This document shows, piece by piece, positions 18,471 through 29,218 of a DNA stretch of 64,000 nt. The DNA is from Schlesneria paludicola DSM 18645 (lineage in GTDB: Bacteria > Planctomycetota > Planctomycetia > Planctomycetales > Planctomycetaceae). The first letter of the stretch is position 1. The number at the start of each line of letters is the position of its first letter. Below the pieces are notes generated by a model. The model was given only the letters and a program-made list of their open reading frames with translations. It made no database searches and was not told the origin of the DNA. The translations under genes and the position numbers were made by a program. The stretch is taken from contig CAMAYU010000011.1 in the NCBI GenBank assembly GCA_945862235.1, positions 1,610 to 65,609 of the forward strand. Direction: 5' to 3'.

Positions 18471-20262
18471 TGGGCCGGATCCTTTTTTGCTTCCGTCGAG
18501 GTTGCCTGGTCTTTGTCGCCGCCGTCGGACTTGGGTTTGTCGTCGGCTTCCTTCTGTTCACGCACGGCCTTCATGCAGGCCGATCGAAACTTGCCGAAGA
18601 AGCTGGCCTGTTTCTCGTCGGCCTGTTTGGGAAACTTTCCCTCGACCAGGGCACCGAGTGCGATCGTGCCGATGGTTTCCTCGTCCTTCCAGACCATCAC
18701 ATACGGGGACTCGGACTTCTTGGCGTGAGGCTCGGCGCAGATCCGTTGTGCGGTGTTCTTCAACTCCTGCGTTCCCGCCGTTCCTTTGCGTGAGTTCTTC
18801 AGTTCGAGGATCACAAACATTACCGCCGCATCGGCGGCTGGCTCGCCAAATCACAACTGAATCTTCGACTTCTCGATCGCCCCCTGTGATTTGACGATCA
18901 CCCGCGTCCAGATGCGTCGAGTGCCACGGTTTTTCGGTCGGTCGCGTTGAGCAGACAATTCTCCTCGACAGCGGCGAAGAGTTTGCGACCCCGTTCGGTC
19001 CCAAGCTCTTCACTGGCCAACTTGCGCAAGATCGACTTCGTGTCTTCCTTGAGGTCTTCCGGCTTGAACTCCTTGACCTCCGGAGGAGACTTCTTCAGTT
19101 CCTCATCTATGTCCTGCGCTGACACGGCGAAGTTCAGGTTCTGGCCACTGGTCAACTGCATCGTGTTCATACCGACCACGCGGCCGTAGCGGTCCACAAG
19201 CGGCCCGCCGCTGTTGCCCGGTGAGATCGGGGTGTCGGTCTGCAACCAGTTGCCTTTCACGTCGGCTCCCAACGGGTCTCGCATTTCCTCTTCCTTCCGC
19301 AGTGCGCTGATGATCCCCTTCGACGAGGTGAACGACAGGCCCAGCGGTGCGCCGAACGCCATCACCTCGGCACCTTTACCGGGGAGTGCTTCGGCGAGCG
19401 GCACGACCGCCTGCGCACTGGCGGGCATTTCGATCTTGATGATCGCGATGTCCTTTTTCGTGTTGACCGCGCGATAGCCCAGCCCCTTCGCCTTCGTCCC
19501 GTTCGCGAACTCGACCTCAACGTTTTTCGCGCCGGCGATGACGTGGTAGTTCGTGATGACCGTCCCATCGATGTTCACGACGAAACCGCTGCCGACGCTC
19601 GGTCCTTCCTGACCGATCACATTGATCCGCACGACGAACGGCTTTACGAGCGCGATGAGCTGCTCATCGTCGATTTTTTCGAGGGCCTTCTTGGGGGCGG
19701 ACGTTCCCTCCACGGAAGCCGCCGTAACGGAAGGGAACGCTGCGACAGTCGTTGCCGACGTTCCTGTGGCGGGAGCCGTGCCAATCGGCTGAGCGGCTGC
19801 CGCTGAGGTTTGTGCCGTCGATGAGGGAGTCGCGGGCGGGACTGTTCCGGTAGTTGTTGGATTGAGCGCTGCGGGGTTTGCGGGGACGTTCGTTGCGGTC
19901 GGTTGAGCCACCGGCGATGGAGCAACGACTGGTGCCGACTGTGTCACCGCAGCAGGAACATTCGGTGGCGGCGGCAACTGCTGCGCCACGGGCTTGAGCG
20001 CGATGAACAACAACAGGCCGACAATCACAACGCCTCCGGCGGTCGCCGCGCCGATCAGCACCGTGTTGTTCCCTTCCGTGGACTTGCCTTCCGATTTGCG
20101 TTTGCCGCCGGATGACTTGCGTGGTGCGGGTTCGTCCTCACCATCGTCCATCGGCAGGCGAACGGCTTCACCGCACTCGGGGCATTTCACCCGCTTGCCC
20201 GCCGCGGTTGAAGCGACTGCAAAATCATGGAAGCACGATTCCCAACTGGCTTGGATCCGCAT
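18467..20262 (-). pseudogene. trypsin-like (S1C) serine protease with N-terminal zinc-ribbon and TM anchor; C-terminal part separated by an apparent frameshift and in-frame TGA
   Basis: Triad intact (TNYH, DIA, GNSGGP) in 18898..20262; protein-like text RRIWTRVIVKSQGAIEKSKIQL*FGEPAADAAVMFVILEL continues in the frame of ORF 18467..18820 with TGA at 18851-18853. Confidence 0.55.
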
Positions 20263-20686
20263 CAGACAGCCCGCCTTCAGAGGACCGCGCCGGGAACATC
20301 GCTCCCACCCTGAAGCAATTGAGACTGCGGAGTCCGATGGAAAGAAGCGACCGCCTCATGCGGCACTCAAAGCATCTCCTGTCGAATCCCTCGACGACTG
20401 CGGGGAGAGAGAATGGAACGCACAACCGCAACGCTGCGGCCTCGACTTCCAGCGACGGTCGGATGCTAGCCATGCCACAAACGGAACGCCAGCGCGCATG
20501 GTCGCGCTGAAGAACGGGAACTACACTGACGACCGTAGCTCAGGCGGCTCACCTGAGATGCGTCAAACGTCGGGACGAAACCTCTCCGGCAAGCCGCCTG
20601 AGTTACGAAATGTGCGCGAGCCGGCAAGAGGTGGGCTCCTCGCAGTACGAAGCCGTCGCCTCCCTTCTCTCAACAGGCCGCACCGC

Positions 20687-22069
20687 ATGACATCGTTCGT
20701 CTCCCATCTCGAAGCGGCCATCGACGGCACGACTCTTCCCGCCGATCGGCTGCAAACTTTGCACAACGACCGGCCGCTGTGGGTTCGGTACGACATGCAG
20801 GCCGTCGCGCGAACGCTCACGAAAGAGAAGCTGCGGGAGCGGCCACTCGACATGTGGCGCTATCGAGAACTGCTGCCGGTCCCGTTCGAGACCGAACCCG
20901 TTTCATTGGGCGAGGGTCAGACGCCGCTGTTGCCGTGCCCGCGCATCGCGTCGCGGTATGGACTCGAACAACTTTGGATCAAGGATGAATCGCACCTGCC
21001 GACGGGGAGCTTCAAGAGTCGCGGGCTGGCGATGGCGATCACGATGGCCAAGCACTTGGGTGTCCGTCGCGTCGCGTTGCCTTCCGCTGGAAATGCGGGC
21101 GGCGCAGCGGCGGCCTACGCGGCGCGAGCCGGTCTGGAAGCCTACGTCTTCATGCCCGAAGACACTCCCGTCGTGAACCTCTACGAATGCCGACTGGCTG
21201 GTGCGAAGACGTTCCTCGTCAACGGACTCATCACCGACTGCGGCCGCATCGTGCGCGAAGGCAAGCAGCGGATGAACTGGTTCGATCTCTCCACGCTCAA
21301 GGAGCCGTATCGGATCGAAGGGAAGAAAACGATGGGCCTCGAACTGGCCGAACAGTTTGATTGGCAGCTCCCCGACGTGATTCTCTATCCCACAGGTGGC
21401 GGCACGGGTTTGATCGGCATGTGGAAGGCGTTTCAAGAACTGAGCCAGTTAGGTTGGCTGAAGGAGGAGGCTGGTCGGCTGACTGCTCCTGTCCCCTCGC
21501 CCCAACTTTGTGGGGAGAGGGCTAGGGTGAGTGGCGAGTCCTTCCAGACCACGCAGGCAATTGAAGAAAAGATCCCTCACCCTCACCCTCTGCCCACCAG
21601 AGCGTGGGGCGAGGGGACCAAGCCAAAGTTCCCGCGCATGGTCAGTGTTCAATCCACCGGCTGTGCCCCCATTGCGAAGGCGTTTGAAGCCGGATCGCGC
21701 TTCGCCGAGCCGTTCGCCAACGCGGCGACCATCGCGAGCGGCATTCGCGTCCCGGCGGCCGTCGGCGACTTCATGATCCTCGACGCCGTGCAGGAGAGCG
21801 GCGGCGTGGCACTGCAAGTCGAAGAGGCACGCATCCGCGAATGGATGCACCTCGTCGCAGCCTCCGAAGGGATCGCGATCTGTCCCGAGACGGCCGCGTG
21901 CATCGGGGCACTCGAACGGCTGACGCGCGACGGCTGGATCAAGCCCCACGAACGTGTCGTCGTCTTCAACACGGGTGCCGCGCAGAAGTACGTTGAAGCG
22001 ATGAAGTGCGATCTGCCCAAACTCGACATCACGCGGCCAATCGACTGGGACTGGCTCTCGGAGTTGTAA
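20687..22069 (+). CDS. thrC: threonine synthase (with in-frame palindromic insertion at 21491-21618)
   Basis: SLGEGQTPL, PTGSFKSRG (PLP lysine), PSAGNAG, YRIEGKKTMG, PTGGGTG; long upstream part of ORF 19994.. is not part of the gene. Confidence 0.92.
   Translation: MTSFVSHLEAAIDGTTLPADRLQTLHNDRPLWVRYDMQAVARTLTKEKLRERPLDMWRYRELLPVPFETEPVSLGEGQTPLLPCPRIASRYGLEQLWIKDESHLPTGSFKSRGLAMAITMAKHLGVRRVALPSAGNAGGAAAAYAARAGLEAYVFMPEDTPVVNLYECRLAGAKTFLVNGLITDCGRIVREGKQRMNWFDLSTLKEPYRIEGKKTMGLELAEQFDWQLPDVILYPTGGGTGLIGMWKAFQELSQLGWLKEEAGRLTAPVPSPQLCGERARVSGESFQTTQAIEEKIPHPHPLPTRAWGEGTKPKFPRMVSVQSTGCAPIAKAFEAGSRFAEPFANAATIASGIRVPAAVGDFMILDAVQESGGVALQVEEARIREWMHLVAASEGIAICPETAACIGALERLTRDGWIKPHERVVVFNTGAAQKYVEAMKCDLPKLDITRPIDWDWLSEL
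21491..21618. repeat. CCCCTCGCCCC...GGGGAGAGGG-type palindromic element in-frame inside thrC
   Basis: Imperfect 44-bp arms 21491-21534 and 21574-21618 (outer 14 bp GTCCCCTCGCCCCA perfect); related half-element intergenic at 31069-31110. Confidence 0.85.
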
Positions 22070-22209
22070 GAGTCCGTTCACGATCACCGGTGCCGCTCCA
22101 GACCAACCCGAAGCGTAAGCGAAGTCACTTCTCTCTGAGCCGGGCGGCGTCAGCCCCTTGGCTCTTGGGCGTCAGCCCTCTTCATCGCCAAGTTGGGTCT
22201 GCGAAACCT

Positions 22210-22309
22210 GTAGGGCGGGACCAGCGGCGCTTCGCCGCGCCGGTCCACCATGCTTTCTCAACGTCTCCCGAGGGTGGGCCGGCGCTCGAAGCGAGCTGCT
22301 CCCACCCTC
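22210..22309. repeat. GTAG-type REP (GTAGGGCGGGACCAGC...; sister copy 52992-53091)
   Basis: Arms nearly identical to those at 52992-53091. Confidence 0.85.
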
Positions 22310-22413
22310 CTTTGAAATGGCGATGACGCCGTTGGACCGCTGGCCGAACCGGCTGCGATGCACCACAATCGTTCTCGTCATTCGTTCTGAGTCATGCCTG
22401 TCAGGAGAGTTCC

Positions 22414-23622
22414 ATGCCGCAACCCTTCCCCTTGCGACGACCTTCGCGAAGCTTGGCACTCGTGGCATTGGTCGTCTGGTGCATGATGCGATTTGCAGGA
22501 GACCGGTCGCCTGTCGAGCAAACTCTCGCTCAGGATCGCGGCCAAACGCTCGCTCAGAAACCAACGGCGACCGAACCGGTGGCCGCTCCCGAGAAGGCAG
22601 ACGCGAAGGAGCGGCCTCATTCTGAGACGCCCATCCCGCGCAAGACTAAGAAGCGTGAGCGAACCGCGAAGCCCATCGTGCAATCGCGGCCCTACCCGGT
22701 CTTCGGCATCGACGAGGTTCTCGACCATCTCGCCACCACCGGAGCCAAGTTGCACAAGGCGGGTCAGGCCAAGGGGGACGTTGAGCTGCGGAAGAACCTC
22801 GATCGCAAGACGTGTTCGCTGACGTTGGCCGCTCCCGGTGAAGAGACGATCTCCGACCGCGATCTCTACAAGCGTGCGTGTGAGAGCGTCTTCATCGTGT
22901 GCAGCCTCTACAAAGGGAGTGACAACGAGAACTGGCAGACTTCATTGGCGACGGCGTTCGTGGTCGCGGAAGACGGCGTGCTGTCGTCGAGTTGCCACGT
23001 CTTCGACAACGAAGACACCGCCGACGCAGTGATCGTGATGGACGTGAAGAAGAACGTGTACCCCGTGACGGAACTACTCGCCTCAAACAAGCTGGCCGAC
23101 ACCTGCCTCTTCCGCATCGACGCCAAAAACCTGAAGCCGCTGCCGTTGGCCGAAGAAGCTTTGCCGGGCACAGTCGCGCGGATTGTGGCTCATCCCGGCG
23201 ATAGCTTCTTCTTTTTTTCGAGCGGCCATGTGTCGAACTATGAGCGAGACCAAGACGCGGTGTTGTGGATGAACGTCACTGCCGACTTCGGCCAAGGTTC
23301 GAGCGGTGGCCCGGTCTTCAATGAACTGGGCCACGTCATTGGTCAGGTCAGTCGCACGTACACGCTCTATTCGGGCGGCTCAGCCACACGATCCCGTCCG
23401 CGACGCATCGCCGGTGTCGCACAGCCACGGCAGCGCAGAGCCTTGGCTCAGCTCGACGCCAATTCCCCCAAAGTCGCCCCGAAGAAACCGGCCGTTGCGG
23501 GAGAGGCCGAAGCAGACGCGGACGCGGACGCCGATGAAATCATGGACCCGCAGATGGTCTTCAAGTCGTGCGTCCCGGTGCAAAGCCTGCGCGGTCTCAT
23601 CACGGCCAAGCCCGCGCCGTAA
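22414..23622 (+). CDS. exported trypsin-like serine protease
   Basis: Signal/TM N-terminus; SSCHV (His), DTC (Asp), GQGSSGGPV (Ser). Confidence 0.8.
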   Translation: MPQPFPLRRPSRSLALVALVVWCMMRFAGDRSPVEQTLAQDRGQTLAQKPTATEPVAAPEKADAKERPHSETPIPRKTKKRERTAKPIVQSRPYPVFGIDEVLDHLATTGAKLHKAGQAKGDVELRKNLDRKTCSLTLAAPGEETISDRDLYKRACESVFIVCSLYKGSDNENWQTSLATAFVVAEDGVLSSSCHVFDNEDTADAVIVMDVKKNVYPVTELLASNKLADTCLFRIDAKNLKPLPLAEEALPGTVARIVAHPGDSFFFFSSGHVSNYERDQDAVLWMNVTADFGQGSSGGPVFNELGHVIGQVSRTYTLYSGGSATRSRPRRIAGVAQPRQRRALAQLDANSPKVAPKKPAVAGEAEADADADADEIMDPQMVFKSCVPVQSLRGLITAKPAP

Positions 23623-23813
23623 TGTTCGTTGACGAACAGTCGCTTTCTGAGCGGGGCGGCGTCAGCCCCCTGGCTCTTGGGCGTCAGCCCGCTTTGGGTA
23701 TTTTCGAAGTGGGAAAAGTGAGTCCCCTAAACAGACTGTTGAAAAAATGTGGCATAGCAGTCTGTTGAACTAGGTCGCATCGGCAATCGAACCGCAATCC
23801 TGCGGACTCACGC

Positions 23814-23938
23814 CCAATGGAACTCACTTTGTCATTCACCCCGTGAGCGGCACGGCGCTAGCCGCCGGTTCTTTGCGTGGAAACACAACGCCATCCACCG
23901 GCGGCTAGCGCCGTGCCGCTCAAAGTGAGTGCCATTGG
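23814..23938. mobile_element. 125-bp MITE-like element, copy 2, flanked by 8-bp direct repeat ACTCACGC
   Basis: Direct repeats at 23806-23813 and 23939-23946 immediately outside the terminal IRs. Confidence 0.8.
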
Positions 23939-24052
23939 ACTCACGCTCCCAGCGCCGAAGGGATCAAGAGGGCTGACGCCCAAGAGCCAGGGGGCTGACG
24001 CCGCCCCGCTCGGAAATGTCGCACGAGATCGGAGGCGTGGCGTTTTCGAGCC

Positions 24053-27052
24053 TCACGGCGAGAGCGTACTCACATCCCACAGCTTCACGGTTTTGTCGTC
24101 GCCGCCGCTGGCGAGATGCTTGCCGTCGGGAGTGAACAGCACGCAGCGAACGGTTCCCTCTTGAGACAACTTGAGCAGCTCGGCACCGCTGGCCGAGTCC
24201 CACAGGCGGATTGTGCGGTCGGACGAGGCGGTCGCGATCAGCTTGCCGTTGGGTGAGAACGCGACCGACTCGACCTTATTGCGATGGCCGCGCAACGTGA
24301 ACCGGTAGTCGCCCGTGGCCGCGTCACAGACACGGGCTGTTCCGTCGCCGCCCGCCGTCGCGACCCAGAGACCGTCCTTCGAGAAGACCGCTTGTTGAAC
24401 GCCCGCCGTGTGTCCTTTGAACTGCTGAAGTTCCTTACCGGTCTCGATGCTCCAGAGTCGCGCGGTGCGATCAGAGCTACCACTGAGCAGCTTTGTGCCA
24501 TCGGGTGAGAACGCGACTGAGAACGCATAGTCCTGATGACCGACGAACGTCTTGATCTCTTTCAGCGTCGTCGCATCCCACAGCTTGAGGTCTCGATCGA
24601 GCGATGCCGTTGCGAACTGTTTGCCGTTCGGTGAGAACGCGATGCCGCCGACCTTCGATCGGTGACCGCGCAGTTCCTTCAGCTTCTTGCCGTCGGTGGC
24701 GTCGAACAGCTTGAGGAAGTTGTCCGCGAAGTTGCCGACGAAGATGCGGCCTCCGTCGGGCGTGAACTGCACGCCGGGCAAGCCGTATGTGAACGGCTCC
24801 GACTGCCACTTCTTCTCGCGTTTGGCGATGTCCCACAGTTGCAGCGATCCCGTGACCCGATACGCGCCGGTGCCGACTGCGAGCCGAGTCCCCGCTTTGT
24901 CGAACGCGAGCGACGAGACCGGTTGCTCGGTGGCGAGCGTGATGGCGTTGAGAGCCGTCACCGCTTCGGCCGCTTTCAGTTCCGGAGCCTTCGTCTCGCC
25001 GGTGGTCACGCTGACCTTCTGCGCGGTCCAGCGACGGAAGCTCTTGTCGATGCTCCCCGCGATGATCTCGTGCGTGTCGGGTGCGAACGCGACCGCCGTA
25101 ATGGCATCGGTTGGTCCACGCAGGGTCGCTCGTTCCTTGGCCTCATTCGGATCGAACAGCTTCACCGTTCCATCGAACGCTCCGGCCGCCAGTGTTCTTC
25201 CCTGAGGAGAGAACGCCAAGCACCAGAACATCACGCCTTCGGCTCCCGGCATCGACGCGCGTTGAGTCCAGTCGGCCGTCTTCCACAGTTTGATCGTGGC
25301 GTCTTCGCTCGCCGTGGCGACGGTCGTACCGTCGGGCGAGCACGCGATCGCTCGCAGCGCCGCCGTGTGGCCTTTCAACCGCGTGACCTCTTGGTGATCG
25401 GCGAGCCGCCAGACAATGGCGGACCGGTCGCCGCTGCCCGAGATCACATGTTGCCCGTCGCGCGTGAACGCGACCGCGCGGACTCCCGCCGTGTGTCCCG
25501 ACAGCACCGCGATCTCCTGCGCTTCGGCAACATTCCACAGCCGTGCAGTCTTGTCGTAGCTGGCCGAGGCGAGCGTCGCGCCGTCCGGTGAGAAGCTGAT
25601 GGAGAAGACCCAGTTCGTGTGACCCGTCAGTTCGGCGATCGGTTCTCCCGCAGCGACCTTCCAGATTTTGATCGTCTTCTCGAAGCTCCCCGCCGCGAGC
25701 AATTCGCTGTTGGGACTGAACGCCACACACGCAGCCACGTCACTGAAGGCTTCGATTTCGCGATGAATCTTCCCATCGACGGCCGTGCGGATGGAGATGC
25801 GACCATCCTCGCGCGCGACCGCCAGCCACTTGCCGTCGAGAGAATAGGCGAGTGACTGAATGGCCTCCGCCTCGGGAGCGTCCGTCGGCGGCGCGGGCGG
25901 TTTTTCGGAAGTCGCTACGTCGGGTTCGGTCGCGGCGACGGTGGCACTCGGGTTTTGTTCGAGCTTCGTTTTCTCGGTCTTCTTCTCGACATCCCACACC
26001 GTCGCACGACCGTCACCGGAGCAGGCGATGAGCCACAATCCATCGGGTGTCAGCGCGAGCGATTGCGCCCCGGCGTTCTCGGGCCCGAGATCACCGAGCG
26101 ACTCCTTCTTTTCGCCGTCCCACAGTTTGAATTCGCGGCTGTTTGCCGAAGCGAGTCGCTTCCCTCCGTTCGACATCGCGACCGATCGAATGCCGCGTTT
26201 GTGCCCCTTCAGCGTGGCAGTCTCTTCGCCCGTCGCGAGGTTCCACAACCGCACCGTGGCGTCGTAACCGGCCGAGGTCAGCACCGTCGCATCATTCGAG
26301 AACGTCGCCGCTTCGACGGACTCCTTGTGCCCCTTTAATGATTGGGTCGGCTTCCCCGTCGAGGCATCGACGATCGCCAAACTGTCACGTTCTCGCTGAG
26401 GAGTTCCCGCCACGAGAACCGTTCCGTCCTTGGCAAACGCCACGGCAAGAATGATTCCTAACTCCACTTCATGCGCCTTCGTGAACTTCTTCTCGACGAC
26501 ATCCCACAGCCGCACGGTCTTGTCGAAGGTACTTCCGAGCGCGAGTCGCTTGCCGTCAGCGGACCACGCGAGGCAGTTCGTCTTCGCAGCGGGACCGAGC
26601 AGTGTGTGACGCAACTCTCCCTTCGCACAGTCGATCAGTTTCACTCCCGCCTGTGGCCCATCGGGACCGAGTGCGAGGAGCGAACCATCCGGTGAGAACG
26701 CGACGGCTGTGACACGGCCCGCCTGCTCGAACCGACAGACGGGCTTCGCGTCGGCGAGATTCCAAATCACGATCTCGCCCTTCGACTTGTCTCCGTCCGG
26801 CTGTGACACCGTCGCGACACGCTTCCCGTCGGGCGAACAAACCACATGCGACCACGCGCTGCCGGAAGGACTCGCCGACGGTTCGGCCTGCGCGACAGCG
26901 GTCGCAGCGAAATCGACCGGTTCGATATTCGGACCACTCGGCACAGCAGCCTCTTGCGCCAACGCGATCGGGAAGAGACTCCAGACGAGTGTTGAAACCA
27001 GCGCTGTGATGCGGTGTGTTGTGATCGTCGCGCGACTCGGTTTGCCGAACAT
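24053..27052 (-). CDS. large exported WD40-repeat protein (about 20 repeats)
   Basis: Many GH...(V)AFSPDG...ASxSxDxTxRLWD repeats; hydrophobic N-terminal signal. Confidence 0.92.
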   Translation of the reverse strand: MFGKPSRATITTHRITALVSTLVWSLFPIALAQEAAVPSGPNIEPVDFAATAVAQAEPSASPSGSAWSHVVCSPDGKRVATVSQPDGDKSKGEIVIWNLADAKPVCRFEQAGRVTAVAFSPDGSLLALGPDGPQAGVKLIDCAKGELRHTLLGPAAKTNCLAWSADGKRLALGSTFDKTVRLWDVVEKKFTKAHEVELGIILAVAFAKDGTVLVAGTPQRERDSLAIVDASTGKPTQSLKGHKESVEAATFSNDATVLTSAGYDATVRLWNLATGEETATLKGHKRGIRSVAMSNGGKRLASANSREFKLWDGEKKESLGDLGPENAGAQSLALTPDGLWLIACSGDGRATVWDVEKKTEKTKLEQNPSATVAATEPDVATSEKPPAPPTDAPEAEAIQSLAYSLDGKWLAVAREDGRISIRTAVDGKIHREIEAFSDVAACVAFSPNSELLAAGSFEKTIKIWKVAAGEPIAELTGHTNWVFSISFSPDGATLASASYDKTARLWNVAEAQEIAVLSGHTAGVRAVAFTRDGQHVISGSGDRSAIVWRLADHQEVTRLKGHTAALRAIACSPDGTTVATASEDATIKLWKTADWTQRASMPGAEGVMFWCLAFSPQGRTLAAGAFDGTVKLFDPNEAKERATLRGPTDAITAVAFAPDTHEIIAGSIDKSFRRWTAQKVSVTTGETKAPELKAAEAVTALNAITLATEQPVSSLAFDKAGTRLAVGTGAYRVTGSLQLWDIAKREKKWQSEPFTYGLPGVQFTPDGGRIFVGNFADNFLKLFDATDGKKLKELRGHRSKVGGIAFSPNGKQFATASLDRDLKLWDATTLKEIKTFVGHQDYAFSVAFSPDGTKLLSGSSDRTARLWSIETGKELQQFKGHTAGVQQAVFSKDGLWVATAGGDGTARVCDAATGDYRFTLRGHRNKVESVAFSPNGKLIATASSDRTIRLWDSASGAELLKLSQEGTVRCVLFTPDGKHLASGGDDKTVKLWDVSTLSP

Positions 27053-27212
27053 GGCATGCCTCACCCTGAAAGAATTGGAACGCACACTTCGTGAGCAGAC
27101 GTGGCGTCTGGGCGGGGAAGTATGCCCGCGCATAAATCGAACTGCCAGTGGCAGACCTCGCCATCACCTCTCTCGAAGTCCGGCGACATAGCGAAGCGGC
27201 CTGTTGAAGAAC

Positions 27213-27293
27213 CGTAGGGTGGACGCCTCGTTCGTCCGTTTCCAGCCCTCCGTTTCCAGCGGATTCTCGCTCGGACGAGGCGTCCAAGCTACG
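27213..27293. repeat. GTAG-type REP, same subfamily as the shc insertion
   Basis: CGTAGGGTGGACGCCTCGTTCG ... CGGACGAGGCGTCCAAGCTACG. Confidence 0.8.
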
Positions 27294-27595
27294 AGGCAGT
27301 TAAGGACCGTCGCAACAATAGCGGTCGCATCGTGGCGGATGCTGCCAGCATCCGAGCCGACGCTGGCAGCGTCGGCCACGACAGTGATTGCTGCGCCGAT
27401 CCTAATCCGGACTTCAATCCCTACAACTGCTACGGAGGGAACGTCCCTCGGTTGTGCTGGCCACTCGGCGTTTGCTTCATGGCCTAGCCTGACCTAGGTT
27501 TCAGTCGGCTTGTCGGACGCGCCCTCCGTCCGGACTTGGTCTTCATGGATGTGACCCTGCGCATAAGCCGGTCTTCACTTGGTCTCCACCGCATC

Positions 27596-29176
27596 ATGCT
27601 TCCAAAATCTGCCGTCCCCTCGTCGGGAAGTGGCCGCGAACCCGCCAGCGCCGCTCCTCGCAAGTTGTCTCAATTGCTGGCTGATTTTCGGGTCTCATCT
27701 ACCCGATCGCCGAAGTCGGAAGCGGCCAGTCTGTCATTGCCTGTTTCCGATCCGCCCGTCGCCAGCACTCCCGTTGCTCCCGCCAGAGAAGCGGACGGAG
27801 CGACAACTTGGATGCCGAAGCGTCACGTCCCCGACGCGGCTCGTGGTGACTCCCATTTGTCCGCGCTCTTCGATCGTGTGGAAGCCCTGCTCGGGACGCC
27901 GACCGCCTCCGAAGAAGACCAATTCCTTCCGCCCGTTCCCGAACGACTCGAAGAGACCGGGCTGACGGCCGACGACATCGAGCGGCTGGTCTTGAAGTTC
28001 CTGCTGGCGAAGGGATCGGCCACCGGTCGCGCGGTGGCTCAACAAGTGAGACTGCCGTTTGGAATCGTCAATCCGCTGTTGAAGGGTTTGAAGTACGACC
28101 AGCTTTTGACGTTCGTCGGCACTGCGGAGATGGGTGACTACGAGTACTCGATCACCGAAATGGGGCGCGAGCGGGCGCGGCGCTACACCGATGAATGTAC
28201 GTATTTCGACTCGGCTCCCGTCAGCCTGCGCGACTATCTCAAAGCGATGGAACGGCAGAGCATTGCCAAGCAGCATGTCACCGAAAGCGATCTCAAACAG
28301 GCGTTCTCGGACTTGCTCATCAGTCCCGAATTGCTCGATCAATTGGGGCCAGCGATCAACTCGGGACGCGGCATGTTCCTGTTCGGTGCTCCGGGCAACG
28401 GCAAGACGAGCATCGCCGAAAGGATCACTCACTGCTTCGGCTCGTCGATCTGGATTCCGCGCACACTGGGCATCGACGGCGATCTCATCCGACTCTACGA
28501 CCCAGGCGTCCACGAAGAGGTGAAGGATGAAACAGGTTCGGGAATCTTCGATCTGTCGGGAGTCGATTCGCGTTGGATTCGCATCGTCCGTCCGACCGTC
28601 ATCGCTGGTGGCGAGTTGACGATGGAAGAGTTGGAAGTCTGTCAAAACCAACAGACCGGCATCTGTGAAGCGCCACTCCAATTGAAGAGCAACTGCGGAA
28701 CACTGGTCATCGACGACTTCGGTCGCCAGCGCATGCCGGTCTCTGAGTTGCTCAATCGCTGGATCGTGCCGCTCGAAAAACGGTACGACTTTTTAAACTT
28801 GCCGAGCGGCAAGAAGATTCAAGTGCCGTTCGATCAGCTCATCATTTTCTCAACGAACCTCGAACCGCGCGACATAGTGGACGGAGCCTTCCTACGCCGC
28901 ATCCCCTACAAAATCCAAGTCCCCGACCCGACCGAGATCGAGTTCCGCGAGATCATCCGCCGGCTGTCACCGAAGCTTGGCTTCCAATACGACGACGCGG
29001 CGGTGGAGCATCTGATCGAACAACACTACCGCCGCACAGAGCGTCCGTTTCGCTCGTGCCAACCGCGTGATTTGCTGCTCCAAGTGCGAAACTTCTGCGT
29101 CTACAAACAGCTCCCTCGCAAGCTGTCCGCTGCCGCATTCGACTTCGCGGTGGCCAATTACTTCTCGGTGATGTGA
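27596..29176 (+). CDS. AAA family ATPase (planctomycete type)
   Basis: Walker [10 protein letters not shown], Walker [26 protein letters not shown]. Confidence 0.85.
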   Translation: MLPKSAVPSSGSGREPASAAPRKLSQLLADFRVSSTRSPKSEAASLSLPVSDPPVASTPVAPAREADGATTWMPKRHVPDAARGDSHLSALFDRVEALLGTPTASEEDQFLPPVPERLEETGLTADDIERLVLKFLLAKGSATGRAVAQQVRLPFGIVNPLLKGLKYDQLLTFVGTAEMGDYEYSITEMGRERARRYTDECTYFDSAPVSLRDYLKAMERQSIAKQHVTESDLKQAFSDLLISPELLDQLGPAINSGRGMFLFGAPGNGKTSIAERITHCFGSSIWIPRTLGIDGDLIRLYDPGVHEEVKDETGSGIFDLSGVDSRWIRIVRPTVIAGGELTMEELEVCQNQQTGICEAPLQLKSNCGTLVIDDFGRQRMPVSELLNRWIVPLEKRYDFLNLPSGKKIQVPFDQLIIFSTNLEPRDIVDGAFLRRIPYKIQVPDPTEIEFREIIRRLSPKLGFQYDDAAVEHLIEQHYRRTERPFRSCQPRDLLLQVRNFCVYKQLPRKLSAAAFDFAVANYFSVM

Positions 29177-29218
29177 GCGGCGCGAACCCGTTGCTCACGA
29201 GGCCGCAGCGTCGTTTCG

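Noticed and set aside
19994-20686. N-terminal extensions in the ORF track (thrC from 19994, shc from 4321, esterase from 7554, MATE to 15603, lipoprotein to 32297)
   Set aside because: The extensions overlap other genes or run through repeats; family homology begins at the downstream starts used.
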